Of a DNA stretch of 64,000 nt, positions 17,430-27,049 are shown piece by piece. Positions within the stretch are counted from its first letter, which is position 1; every line of letters starts with the position of its first letter. Where the stretch lies: sequence record NC_047815.1; one strand, written 5' to 3'. The position numbers were made by a program, and so were the translations under genes. The notes beneath the pieces were generated by a model, which saw only the letters and a program-made list of their open reading frames with translations, did no database searches and was not told the origin of the DNA.

Positions 17430-19202
17430 TTAGAATACTTTCTTGCGTCGAACGTTAGAATACAGAACATCATACGGAGCACCGTACAGTTCTGGACCAC
17501 GCTGCGCACGTACTGTTACCATGCCAGTATGAATATTCACAGCAGTGATTTCAACTGTAGGCTGCTTAGGCTTAACAGTCTCATAGCCAGGAGCGTTCAT
17601 TGCAGGCAGTTCATCTTGCAGCAACTGAATCGACTCAAGCTGGGCAGCAGTAGGCTTAGGCAGTTTGAGTTTGATTTCTGCAATCTTACGACCACGTGCT
17701 GTAGGCAGGCGAATATTTGCCACGCCCTGCTGTTGCAGATACGCACTGATACGACGAGCACCAGCAACAACGCGGTTGTAGAGTTCGTCAGTCATCACAG
17801 CAGAGGTAAAGCGAATACCATCAGCAGGCTGTTGTTCAGCAAGATGCAGACCCGTAACAAAGAAGCCTTCCGAGATATTACGCAGCAACAGTTTCTGAAT
17901 GTCGTTGGTGTTAATATCGATAGCAGGTATTTCGAGGTCAGGGGCACCTACAGCAGGCTCAACGTATTCAGGAACTTCACCGTCATCACCAGCTACGCGC
18001 ATTTCAACTGTTTGTGCTTGTGGGTAGGTTGCACGCAGCAGACCCGTAGCGCGAATCACTACACTGCCACCTTTAGCGAGATTGTACAGCTCATCGCTGG
18101 TGGTTGTTTCAAACAGGAAGTAGTCAACAGGGCTAGTCATCGCGGTGATTGTCTGACGCGCACGGTCCTGTACTTCGGCAGCAGTCTTGCCAAACACGAT
18201 ACGACTACGGTTAGGCTGACTTGGACTTACAGGAAAGAATGCACCATACACAGCGGCAAGCGTTTCAGCACGACGTGGTGAAGGCTGCTTGAATTTAACA
18301 GGCTGTGCATTCTCAAGAGCAGGCAGCTTAACGCCTACTTGACGTCCTTTAGCAATCGCTTTAGGCAAGTTCTGCGGCTTGACTGAGGACAGCAGTTTGG
18401 CAAGATCGCTAGCATCAAGAATCTTTTCCAGAGGCACAACAAGGTTCTGCGCAAGATAGTGACGCTTGCGGAACATATAGATGGTTGTGTCTTTCTTGAC
18501 TGCGATAGGGTTTGCCATGTTGCGAGCAACACCACCAACAGGAGTGAACGTGTTGTTCTTGTCTGCACCGACTGAACCGAATTCAGCAGGGAAATCAGAC
18601 TGACCAGCAATGTTCATTGCACGCAAGTGACCACGAATGATAAACTTAATCTTGGGTTCATCTTTCATTACCAGTTCGTAGCGATCACGATTCAGGTAGG
18701 TCATGCTGTACTGTTCGCCTTTACTAAGCTCCAGCTCGTATTCATCGTGGGCATCTTCGATGTTAACACGACGACCGTTATACGTAGCCCATTTGCGTGC
18801 AGCACTCATTGAAGCAGCAAGCAGACTTGATGCAACCGAGTTAGCTGTTTCAGCATACGCTAAGGCCGCTGTCAGCAGTTGGCTACGGTCAACGATAGGT
18901 AGTGGTTCACGCTGTCCGTGCAAGGTTACGTCTACAGCATTTGAAGCAGACATAAACACTGACTTGCCATCATCACGGGTACCTGCAAACTGCATACCTG
19001 TCAGACGACTAATGGTTGCTGCACTAACGCTCGGCAGACGTACAATGTCACCTGGAGCAAATTCATGGATTTCACCATCACGCCAAACAAAAGCACTGCG
19101 TGAGCTTAGTCCAATAAAGGTATTGTGTACGCGTTGTACACTTCTTGGGTCAATGCACAGGTCACGCACAAGGCGATTGCTTTCTTTTTTAATCAAAGCC
19201 AT
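17430..19202 (-). CDS. Hypothetical (probable virion/head) protein, 590 aa
   Basis: Long ORF carrying copies of a ~65-aa module shared with three other proteins in the window. Confidence 0.7.
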   Translation of the reverse strand: MALIKKESNRLVRDLCIDPRSVQRVHNTFIGLSSRSAFVWRDGEIHEFAPGDIVRLPSVSAATISRLTGMQFAGTRDDGKSVFMSASNAVDVTLHGQREPLPIVDRSQLLTAALAYAETANSVASSLLAASMSAARKWATYNGRRVNIEDAHDEYELELSKGEQYSMTYLNRDRYELVMKDEPKIKFIIRGHLRAMNIAGQSDFPAEFGSVGADKNNTFTPVGGVARNMANPIAVKKDTTIYMFRKRHYLAQNLVVPLEKILDASDLAKLLSSVKPQNLPKAIAKGRQVGVKLPALENAQPVKFKQPSPRRAETLAAVYGAFFPVSPSQPNRSRIVFGKTAAEVQDRARQTITAMTSPVDYFLFETTTSDELYNLAKGGSVVIRATGLLRATYPQAQTVEMRVAGDDGEVPEYVEPAVGAPDLEIPAIDINTNDIQKLLLRNISEGFFVTGLHLAEQQPADGIRFTSAVMTDELYNRVVAGARRISAYLQQQGVANIRLPTARGRKIAEIKLKLPKPTAAQLESIQLLQDELPAMNAPGYETVKPKQPTVEITAVNIHTGMVTVRAQRGPELYGAPYDVLYSNVRRKKVF

Positions 19203-19212
19203 TTGAACGTTC

Positions 19213-19647
19213 CTAAAGAGAAACTGGTTTAAAGGTATAACGTTTCAGCAAGTTGAGATTGCCTAACATTAAGCTGTATGCGTTTGTGCCGTATTCATCA
19301 ATCAAGGGTTTAGGCACAACTGAGCCAAAGTAAAGACTGTTGGGAATGCGCTCGGTAATCTCGATACCAAGGCTTTTAATCGGGTCTTCAACAATAAATG
19401 TCCAAGGCTCTGCAAGATAGCGGCCATTAGTGTGTTGAATGCGATAACCAACAGCAATGCTTTGTCCATCGGCAGGAACGTATGAAAAGATGTCCGTACG
19501 ACGTTTCAGATCTTTATTGACAGTAAAAAGAGCCATCGTACGGAAGCGTTGCTCAAACTGCGGAATGTATCGGCTGTCTTCACAAATCTGTTTCAAAATC
19601 ATTTCCTGCCTGGCGCGTGTTTGACGACCAAACAGATTTAGATTCAT
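19213..19647 (-). CDS. Hypothetical protein, 144 aa
   Basis: Coupled to tmk by a 4-nt overlap. Confidence 0.65.
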   Translation of the reverse strand: MNLNLFGRQTRARQEMILKQICEDSRYIPQFEQRFRTMALFTVNKDLKRRTDIFSYVPADGQSIAVGYRIQHTNGRYLAEPWTFIVEDPIKSLGIEITERIPNSLYFGSVVPKPLIDEYGTNAYSLMLGNLNLLKRYTFKPVSL

Positions 19648-20273
19648 GGAAAGATGTGTCCTAAGATTTGGCGAATAACATCGCTGACGGATAGTTCGTC
19701 TGTATCAATCACAAGATCATAACCACCAGGAACGCTGAGATAACGCTGCTTTGTTTGCTCGAAGTTTTCTTCGGTAAGGCGCTGCTCGATACGATCACCA
19801 TAACCACAACGTTGCTTGCGACGTTCGCACGACACGTCATAGCTACAGGTCAGCAGCACGGTCAATCTGTTTTCTGGTGCTAACAAACGCCACGTATCTT
19901 CATACAATTTAGCTGTCTGCTCATCACTGACCTGATAAGCAAACGTCGAAGGAAATCCACGATCAGCAACAACAAAGGTGTTCGGCGTTTCGATAACACG
20001 CTGCACAACAGCCATACTTTGACTACGTGCGGCAAGCATCATAAACATTTCACCAAGAGGCGTAAGGTCTTCATCGTCGGTCAGTTTGAGATAGTCCGTA
20101 CCAAGAACAATGGCACGAAGCTGTTCTGCGATAGGGCTGCCTCCAGGTTCACGCATACGAGCAACATTGTTACCGCGTTTCTGTAAGATTTCAGCAAGGC
20201 TGTTACATGCTGTAGTCTTGCCTGCGCCATCGATGCCTTCGATTAAAATGTATGAGGGTTGTTTGTTAATCAT
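19644..20273 (-). CDS. tmk: Thymidylate (dTMP) kinase
   Basis: ILIEGIDGAGKTT P-loop, REPGG, VADR motifs. Confidence 0.92.
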   Translation of the reverse strand: MINKQPSYILIEGIDGAGKTTACNSLAEILQKRGNNVARMREPGGSPIAEQLRAIVLGTDYLKLTDDEDLTPLGEMFMMLAARSQSMAVVQRVIETPNTFVVADRGFPSTFAYQVSDEQTAKLYEDTWRLLAPENRLTVLLTCSYDVSCERRKQRCGYGDRIEQRLTEENFEQTKQRYLSVPGGYDLVIDTDELSVSDVIRQILGHIFP

Positions 20274-20294
20274 TGTTTTTCCTAAGCCAACTGG

Positions 20295-20786
20295 CTATTT
20301 AAATCTACCGCCACGCCATGCGCACTTGATGAGCATCTTGGCGATAACATCGTTTTTCATAGCGGCACGTTTCGCGTTTGAACGAACGCTTGCGCCACCG
20401 AATTGATCAACAACTATCAGTCCACAACGGTGTTCCGAGATAGCTGCTAAAATTTGAGTGCCATGTGTTATAAACAGCGATTCGTCAATCGCAAAGTACA
20501 TGCGCATACAGAACGGCAGATAGCGATGCCATTTTTTATCAGTTTTAAAATCTTGCCAGCAACTTTTAACCTCAGTGATAACAATATCACATTTGGTGTT
20601 GAGGCAAAACACGTCAGCGCGTAAGTTACCATGCTTAATAAGTCCCAATTCAGCATGGCACGAATAGCGTTTTGAGTTCCAATAGACTTGGACAGCTTCG
20701 GTTATGAAGGCTGTCCTGTCTGGTCTGCTCAACGATTTAAACTCTACCGCTGACGGCGCAATGTAACTACGTCGTCTGGCCATCAT
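20295..20786 (-). CDS. MmcB-like PD-(D/E)xK nuclease-fold protein
   Basis: RADVF...ITEVKSCWQDFKTDKKWHRYLPFCMRMYFA pattern. Confidence 0.7.
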   Translation of the reverse strand: MMARRRSYIAPSAVEFKSLSRPDRTAFITEAVQVYWNSKRYSCHAELGLIKHGNLRADVFCLNTKCDIVITEVKSCWQDFKTDKKWHRYLPFCMRMYFAIDESLFITHGTQILAAISEHRCGLIVVDQFGGASVRSNAKRAAMKNDVIAKMLIKCAWRGGRFK

Positions 20787-20790
20787 TGCC

Positions 20791-21258
20791 TCAGTAGCGT
20801 TTGTGTAAGATCTTCAAGGCACGCTTGAGAATCGGACGGAATCCTTTATCGATTTTGCGCATTGCTTTATCGATTGGAACCCACTTGCGATCACGAGTCG
20901 TTGCTTCCATGTAGTTGGTCTTGAGCTTGCGAACATGCATCAGATACCAAGTAACATGTTGGTCACGGCCCGTCTTGCCTTTAACGTATTCGCTGGTACC
21001 AATCAGGTCTTCTGGAGTACCCAAGGCACCAGCTTCTTCGTCAGCTTCTTTAAGAGCACTGGCCACCAGCGTAAGATGCTCTTCCCAGCCACCTTTAGGC
21101 AAGCCCCAATTGTTCGCGTGCTTGGTGCGAATCATCAGGATTTCAATCTCGCCTGTTTCCATATTGTAACGATATGGAACAACACCGCTTTGAATACGTG
21201 GCTGTAAGTGACTCTTATCGCGTGCTGATAGACTCACAATGATTTCCATTACAGCCAA
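20791..21258 (-). CDS. Nudix hydrolase (Ddp1/DIPP-like box)
   Basis: WGLPKGGWEEHLTLVASALKEADEEAG Nudix box. Confidence 0.88.
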   Translation of the reverse strand: MAVMEIIVSLSARDKSHLQPRIQSGVVPYRYNMETGEIEILMIRTKHANNWGLPKGGWEEHLTLVASALKEADEEAGALGTPEDLIGTSEYVKGKTGRDQHVTWYLMHVRKLKTNYMEATTRDRKWVPIDKAMRKIDKGFRPILKRALKILHKRY

Positions 21259-21752
21259 TCTTGCGCACGGGCGCTGTCAACACGAAGGCTCAGGCTGTTG
21301 TCAATCCATTTACCTGATTGCTTCAACACGTCAAGCGCATCGCTGTAGCTGATTTCAGCCATCACACCGTAATCAGCAGAGAAGTCACGCTCTGGATCAC
21401 CATAGCTGAATACAACGCCTGGAATATATCCCATACGCTGACCTTCATGCGGGTCATACACGACTTCGCCGCTTGAGTCAGTGATAACAGCATGGCAGGC
21501 TTGAGAGTTACCCAAGATAGCAATGCGGTGTTCAGGCTGTAAGCGATAGTCACGCTGTACATACTGAGCGCAATCAGCAAACGGACGAGCAACAACAGCA
21601 GCACGACTTGATTCGGCGCGATAGGCTTGTTCAATCACAGGACGAGCACCTGTCAAGTTCATCGCACCAGCAAATACCATTACAGCAAGATCTTGCGGGT
21701 TAAGTTGCGTAGGAAAGAAGTTAGTTCCCCACGCGCTGTTCAAAGATAACAT
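21249..21752 (-). CDS. Hypothetical protein
   Basis: Start moved to the ATG at 21752 (GGAG RBS; TAATTT motif 29 nt upstream). Confidence 0.65.
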   Translation of the reverse strand: MLSLNSAWGTNFFPTQLNPQDLAVMVFAGAMNLTGARPVIEQAYRAESSRAAVVARPFADCAQYVQRDYRLQPEHRIAILGNSQACHAVITDSSGEVVYDPHEGQRMGYIPGVVFSYGDPERDFSADYGVMAEISYSDALDVLKQSGKWIDNSLSLRVDSARAQDWL

Positions 21753-21783
21753 AGCGTTCTCCACGATTGTTTACACGTAGAAA

Positions 21784-22092
21784 TTATTGACGTTCAAGCC
21801 TATGTGTGGGACAAGTTAAGACCTGTTTACGCCGACTATAAAACGAAGGTGGAGCCGTGCCTATCACTATGCCCAAATCGCAAACAGGATGCTTTTGCGT
21901 AGTGATATTCAGATTGACTCCCTGGCAGTGCAACAAGAAAAATGAAGCAAAATCACCGCGAAGCATCAACATATGGTTGTAGTAGTTACGACCCGAGCGC
22001 CTTTGTGTGCGCAGAACGAGATCACGCACATTCAGCACTTCTATCATTGTTGGTGCTCGACCGCAATAGACGTCAACGTGGAGTGTCGTCAT
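21784..22092 (-). CDS. Hypothetical protein (~102 aa)
   Basis: Fills the gap between neighbours; start uncertain (the track start at 22206 overlaps the upstream gene by 134 nt). Confidence 0.4.
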   Translation of the reverse strand: MTTLHVDVYCGRAPTMIEVLNVRDLVLRTQRRSGRNYYNHMLMLRGDFASFFLLHCQGVNLNITTQKHPVCDLGIVIGTAPPSFYSRRKQVLTCPTHRLERQ

Positions 22093-22726
22093 TAATAAGG
22101 GCTTGGCCATTAATTGCTCCTGCATAATCCACAAGTCCTTTGATAAAGTAGGGGCTGAAACCTCTGTTCTTGGTGCCGTTGTCAATATCAAGGACAAGTG
22201 ATTCACTGTCTAGTACAATACGCCTGTCAGCGACAACGTTTTGAGGCACATCTGTGCGATCAGTCAAGACTTCATAGCCACGTAAAATGCCGTCAGTTAC
22301 GTCAAACAGTTGGACTCGGCGCATCTGTTTAACACTGATCTGTAGGCTGCGTAGCATACTTTTATTGTCGTCAACATCTGCACCGTATGCCTGAACGTCG
22401 CAACTGAATGCGTGGCTTAGGTGGACGCTGAGAGCGTCTGCAATCACATGATATTCGGACAGGTCTTGACTAACAATATCAATACCAAAGCCGAAGTATG
22501 GAAAGCTAACATTACCGAACTGTGCTGTGCCCGATTGATCATCAAGAATCATTTCTTGGTCAAAGAACACAAACACATTCTTTTTCAAATGCTCTTGTAC
22601 TTTTACAAGTTTTTCAGGGCTGTCAGAGAGATCTGCAAACGATACAGTGAAATCCATATTGCGAACATGCGGCGCACCCGCTTCGATATACGTTACGCGC
22701 TGCTGGAAGTTGTGTACAGTTTTCAT
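22073..22726 (-). CDS. Hypothetical protein, 217 aa
   Basis: 4-nt overlap with the upstream gene. Confidence 0.65.
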   Translation of the reverse strand: MKTVHNFQQRVTYIEAGAPHVRNMDFTVSFADLSDSPEKLVKVQEHLKKNVFVFFDQEMILDDQSGTAQFGNVSFPYFGFGIDIVSQDLSEYHVIADALSVHLSHAFSCDVQAYGADVDDNKSMLRSLQISVKQMRRVQLFDVTDGILRGYEVLTDRTDVPQNVVADRRIVLDSESLVLDIDNGTKNRGFSPYFIKGLVDYAGAINGQALINDDTPR

Positions 22727-23418
22727 TGAGCGAGCACCGTGTTGCGGAACATAGCAAACTCTTTGAAGAAAGAAGATAGTGCTGTGAAGCTCGACTGACC
22801 ACTGTCGCCTGTGTTTACAACATTGACACGGAAACCGGATGCAGTCACACTACCACTAGAGTGATTGATAATGATAACCTTCTTGTCCTGTGTTAGATCA
22901 TCTGTGACCATCAGATTGGATTCCCACACGCCTGTAGGCAGTATTTCAATTACAGGCACAGTCAGCATCGCAGGAACCATTTGACCAAACGGTTGTGCAG
23001 ACTCAATCCACATTTCTTCGGCCGAATCAGCAGGGAGAATTTCAAAATCAAAATCACGTTCGGCCTGCGGTACATGCGGATAGGTATGATAGAAATCCTC
23101 GACACTGCAACAGATGCAACTGTAGTTATGCTCTGCCGTAGCACGAACACGTTTGATTTTGGTCAGTTGAAGGCTACAGTTATCAATCGACACGTAATCA
23201 CTTACCAACGTGAGCTTGGCAGTATCTTCTACTTCCACATCTTCATCGGACATACAAAACAGATGATTGGCAATGCTGTTGTGTACGCGAAACAAAAACT
23301 GATTGATGCGTCCGATGTTTGCTTCTGAGCCTTGTGCGACGATCATCGCAGAGGTAACAAACGGGACTCCGCCATCCATGTGAGTAATAAGCACAGGACA
23401 TTGCACTGTGAGTTGCAT
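22723..23418 (-). CDS. Hypothetical protein, 231 aa
   Basis: GGAG RBS; directly follows the spike gene. Confidence 0.65.
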   Translation of the reverse strand: MQLTVQCPVLITHMDGGVPFVTSAMIVAQGSEANIGRINQFLFRVHNSIANHLFCMSDEDVEVEDTAKLTLVSDYVSIDNCSLQLTKIKRVRATAEHNYSCICCSVEDFYHTYPHVPQAERDFDFEILPADSAEEMWIESAQPFGQMVPAMLTVPVIEILPTGVWESNLMVTDDLTQDKKVIIINHSSGSVTASGFRVNVVNTGDSGQSSFTALSSFFKEFAMFRNTVLAQ

Positions 23419-23427
23419 AGCAGCTCC

Positions 23428-24216
23428 TTAGTTGAGATTGATTGCTTGACCATTAACAGTAACTTGACCACCCGTATCAATGTCATAGTTCTTGCCGACT
23501 TTGAGCCGGTCACTGCCTTTAACTGTTGTTTCACGGTTGCCATCAACAAGCACAGTCTGATTGCCCTTGATGTGCGTGTACTGATTGCCCGCCTGACCAC
23601 TAGCTTTACCAAGATACTTGATACGCTTGGCTGGACTTGCTTTCAGTTTACCAGCAGTCATAACAGGGTCACTCAAGATATAGTCAGGAATGTCTGACTT
23701 GTTGCCGGTCACTATCAGGCTTTGGTTACCGATGATGGTCTGATTAACATCGCCAAAGATAGTCTGATTGTAGTCGCCACTCATTATCAGGAAGTGTTCG
23801 TTGGTCTTGCGATCAATGATTAGCTGTGTGCCAGTAGAAAGCTGCATCACAATGCGATGTGGATAGTTAATCAACGCAGCAGGAAGTTGTTCAGCTTCGG
23901 TAGGACGTGCCTGCATCGAATACTGTGCGTCATACATGTTGCCTGTAGGAAAGTTCACAGTGATGCGACTGCCTCTTACAGGAACTGAGAACACACCAAA
24001 CGCGTTTGCTTGCGTGCCGCCGAGATAGCCTTCAATGTGACTGACATGCGGACGAATCCACGGCAAATTCTTGTCTTCAATGTCATCCATCAGACCCATA
24101 ACACGCGCACGGACTTGACTGATACGACGAGGATCGTTGTTGTCGATGACAATCGCCTCGTAGTCCATGTGAGGGTCAAGCCCTTTCTTTTTAACGTTCT
24201 CATTAAGTGGAATCAT
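23428..24216 (-). CDS. Baseplate central spike (gp5/gpV OB-fold plus beta-helix, no lysozyme domain)
   Basis: IVIDNNDPRRISQVRARV..LPW..P..GS.I.V.F..G; C-terminal (I/V)xGN repeats. Confidence 0.8.
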   Translation of the reverse strand: MIPLNENVKKKGLDPHMDYEAIVIDNNDPRRISQVRARVMGLMDDIEDKNLPWIRPHVSHIEGYLGGTQANAFGVFSVPVRGSRITVNFPTGNMYDAQYSMQARPTEAEQLPAALINYPHRIVMQLSTGTQLIIDRKTNEHFLIMSGDYNQTIFGDVNQTIIGNQSLIVTGNKSDIPDYILSDPVMTAGKLKASPAKRIKYLGKASGQAGNQYTHIKGNQTVLVDGNRETTVKGSDRLKVGKNYDIDTGGQVTVNGQAINLN

Positions 24217-26108
24217 GAAGCAACCTTAGGCAAATACATTTCTAACTTCTGACCTGTAGCAGTGCCAGTTGTGCCACTACCATCAACTGTACCATCACCT
24301 AAACTGCACAGCAAGTTACGCAGGTCTTCTTCTGCCTGACGCAGCAACTGACTGAGGTTAGTTTTGGGTCCGAGCAAGCTGCCCATGCTGAGAGCATCCA
24401 TACACTTGTCAGGCAAGGCATCGTCCAATGATTTCTGCAAGTCACTGAGCTTGTTACTGACACAGGTTTGATTGATCTGAGGACCGTCAAGATAGTAGTC
24501 TGGAATGTTGCCGTCAGCCACCAGCCCGTTAATATCTGACGTAAAGCCAGTCATCAATCCTTCCATCTGATCTACGCGACCAGCAAGAGCACTCAAGATA
24601 GTAGGACCGTAGTCGATCACAACATTGATACTTAGCTTTTCAAGTTCGTTCAACGTGCCGCAAATGCTGTTGATAAAACTAGCCATGCTGAATTCTTGCA
24701 TCAAACTCTTGAGGTAATCAGCACCTTCACCATACTTTTCAGCAAGCTCGGGAAAGTTAAACATTTCACTGTCTGTCTGAAACTGGTCAAGCATGAGATT
24801 GAGACGCAGCGTGTGCTGTTGCGACAATAGGTCAATAGGGTTAAGCCCAGCAAGTGACTGCAAGATGTTTGTGTTGATCTGAAACGGACGCAGCACGTTA
24901 GCAACTGTAGGCCAGATGGTTTCTGCAATGTTAGCACCGCCACCAATACCCGTAGTGCCTTCAACTGGCGTGAAGTTACGAGCAAGCAACAACGTTTCGC
25001 TGTACTGACCGCTGTAGAAGCTGCGCGTCTTGCCAATAACAATCCACTTGCCGCTAGACTTGTAGTCCGTACGCTGGTCTTCTTTTGAAGTAGGCAGACT
25101 TGCTTTGACCTCGATGCAATCAAGACCGTTAATAGTAGGTGCACCACCGAGAATTAACACACGAGCAGTTTCTGTATACAGCAGGGCCTGACGCTTCCAG
25201 TTATAGTATGCTTTCATGAAACTGTCATGCATGTTAGCATCGTTGGTCGGTCTGGCATACTGTTTGCGTGCACCAACAATATCACCGCGAGTGTCACTGT
25301 TGATGTTTAGTGGGTCACGCGTTTTAATCTTGATTGATTTAAGGCTGTTTGTTTGACCTTTACTGTCAGACCACAACAGAACATCGCCATAGTTTGACAC
25401 ACCGTTGAATGTACCGCTGGTGGATTTAGTACGCAGCTCCTGCGCCTGATATTCTGTGTTAGCGTTAGCTGTGTTGTAGCAGATTACAGCAGTCGGGTCT
25501 TGCTCAAGCACTTTGTTGAGGTCGCGAATGATCATACGATGATCAGCAGTCACAAGCATCTTAGGCATAGCATCTTCGCCAAGCCACATATGCTTCTCAA
25601 TCTCACCAGCAAAACGTTTTGGACTCTGCGTAGCACTCAGCCACTTCATGTTATCTTTAGGCTGAAGGTCACCGCTATCTAATGACAGACCGCACGCATC
25701 ACACAGCTTTTTCAGTGCATCAAGACTTGTGCCTTGAATAGCCCAGCTACGACTGTCATAGATGAAGGTAGGCGCGTCAAAAGCACAAACGGTGCGGAGA
25801 ATGCGAGTTCCTGAGTCCTCGTATTCCCTCACACCAATCACACGAAAGATAACTTCTTGCACTGCGTCCATACTCGGACCCATTGAGATAGTAATCTGCG
25901 TACCATCAACAATAGCGTTTTTATCACGTAGCACGTTGTTACGATCAGTAAACTCAATAACTGCGCAAGGCACAGTCATCGGGTTTTCAATAACATGAAC
26001 ACTGCGCACAAGACCAGGAGTATTTGGAGGGGCCTTGCCATCCAGCAGCATACCCAAATAGCCCTGACCCTGAACTCCACCTATTGAATGTTCGTCTGCC
26101 ATAGTCAA
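24213..26108 (-). CDS. Baseplate hub protein (gp27/VgrG-like) with C-terminal extension
   Basis: 631 aa; position just upstream of the spike; hub-like beta-rich N-terminal region. Confidence 0.55.
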   Translation of the reverse strand: MTMADEHSIGGVQGQGYLGMLLDGKAPPNTPGLVRSVHVIENPMTVPCAVIEFTDRNNVLRDKNAIVDGTQITISMGPSMDAVQEVIFRVIGVREYEDSGTRILRTVCAFDAPTFIYDSRSWAIQGTSLDALKKLCDACGLSLDSGDLQPKDNMKWLSATQSPKRFAGEIEKHMWLGEDAMPKMLVTADHRMIIRDLNKVLEQDPTAVICYNTANANTEYQAQELRTKSTSGTFNGVSNYGDVLLWSDSKGQTNSLKSIKIKTRDPLNINSDTRGDIVGARKQYARPTNDANMHDSFMKAYYNWKRQALLYTETARVLILGGAPTINGLDCIEVKASLPTSKEDQRTDYKSSGKWIVIGKTRSFYSGQYSETLLLARNFTPVEGTTGIGGGANIAETIWPTVANVLRPFQINTNILQSLAGLNPIDLLSQQHTLRLNLMLDQFQTDSEMFNFPELAEKYGEGADYLKSLMQEFSMASFINSICGTLNELEKLSINVVIDYGPTILSALAGRVDQMEGLMTGFTSDINGLVADGNIPDYYLDGPQINQTCVSNKLSDLQKSLDDALPDKCMDALSMGSLLGPKTNLSQLLRQAEEDLRNLLCSLGDGTVDGSGTTGTATGQKLEMYLPKVAS

Positions 26109-26356
26109 TCCCGTTGTGCAAAAGGACCACTAGTGTATCTAAATGCTGCCTGAGTAATACCATGATTGTTGCAGCGCACAGCAGCACAGGCAGGACACAC
26201 TAGTTCATTGTTTGGATTAATCTTACTCTGCACATAGTCAGACAAGACGTAGTTAGGAAAACGAGGACTGTCTCGGATAGCACGGCAGTCCACACATGTT
26301 TGATAGAAGGTATCTACTTTCCAACCACTTTGCGAGAGTGATAGAGTGATCTTCAT
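26105..26356 (-). CDS. Small Cys-rich protein (putative Zn ribbon)
   Basis: CVDC...CPACAAVRC; coupled overlaps on both sides. Confidence 0.55.
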   Translation of the reverse strand: MKITLSLSQSGWKVDTFYQTCVDCRAIRDSPRFPNYVLSDYVQSKINPNNELVCPACAAVRCNNHGITQAAFRYTSGPFAQRD

Positions 26357-26757
26357 TACTTGCCCTCATCGATCTCCTTCGCAATCTGACGCAGCAGACC
26401 AGCAAGGATTTTGAGTTCGCTGCTGGATGGCTCCATATTGAAGCCACCACGTGCAGGTTTCTTCTCAGGGTCATTCTTGGTTGAATAGAACTTTCTGATA
26501 GCAACAATGGATTTACCCCGATCGTCCTCAGCAAGTTCAACGGTAAGGAAGCTGTGTTCACCTAAACGAATATAGCCAGCAGCAGGTTCAGAAGTCTCTT
26601 GGCGAGTCTTCTTTTTCTTTTCAGGTTCTGCTTTAGCTTTCTTCTTTTTAGGTTTGTCTGCAACAACTTCTACAGGCTTGGAAGACTTTTTCTTCTTGAC
26701 CTCTGTTTCAGCATCGCGCTTGCGTTTGATGATGATCTTACCGTTTTTCATTACCAT
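26356..26757 (-). CDS. PC4/YdbC-like ssDNA-binding protein with Lys-rich N-terminus
   Basis: IRLGEHSFLTV...IVAIRKFY...KPARGGFNM..EL pattern. Confidence 0.6.
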   Translation of the reverse strand: MVMKNGKIIIKRKRDAETEVKKKKSSKPVEVVADKPKKKKAKAEPEKKKKTRQETSEPAAGYIRLGEHSFLTVELAEDDRGKSIVAIRKFYSTKNDPEKKPARGGFNMEPSSSELKILAGLLRQIAKEIDEGK

Positions 26758-26758
26758 T

Positions 26759-27049
26759 TTAGATTGTAACCTGAGTTAGTTTTTTGACAGCAGCTTTCGG
26801 TCGTCTGATAGGTAGGAGAATCGTCATGCCAGCCTTTATCTCTGATGCGTGAACCATGCCGTTAGCAATCAGAATATAGTTCCAGTAAGCGTTCGTTCCA
26901 TACTTGTTAAACGAGATAAGCTGCGGATTTCCTTCCAGTGCTGCGTTGACCCGAAACTGCTCGAAACTGCTTTGGTCAACGTCATCAAAGGCCTGAACTG
27001 TTAGTGGGTCTATGCCCCACTGATCGACGTCTGCGATACTTTCAGCCAT
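26759..27049 (-). CDS. Baseplate protein, gp53/LysM-like
   Basis: LISFNKYGTNAYWNYILIANG...IKAGMTILLP. Confidence 0.7.
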   Translation of the reverse strand: MAESIADVDQWGIDPLTVQAFDDVDQSSFEQFRVNAALEGNPQLISFNKYGTNAYWNYILIANGMVHASEIKAGMTILLPIRRPKAAVKKLTQVTI

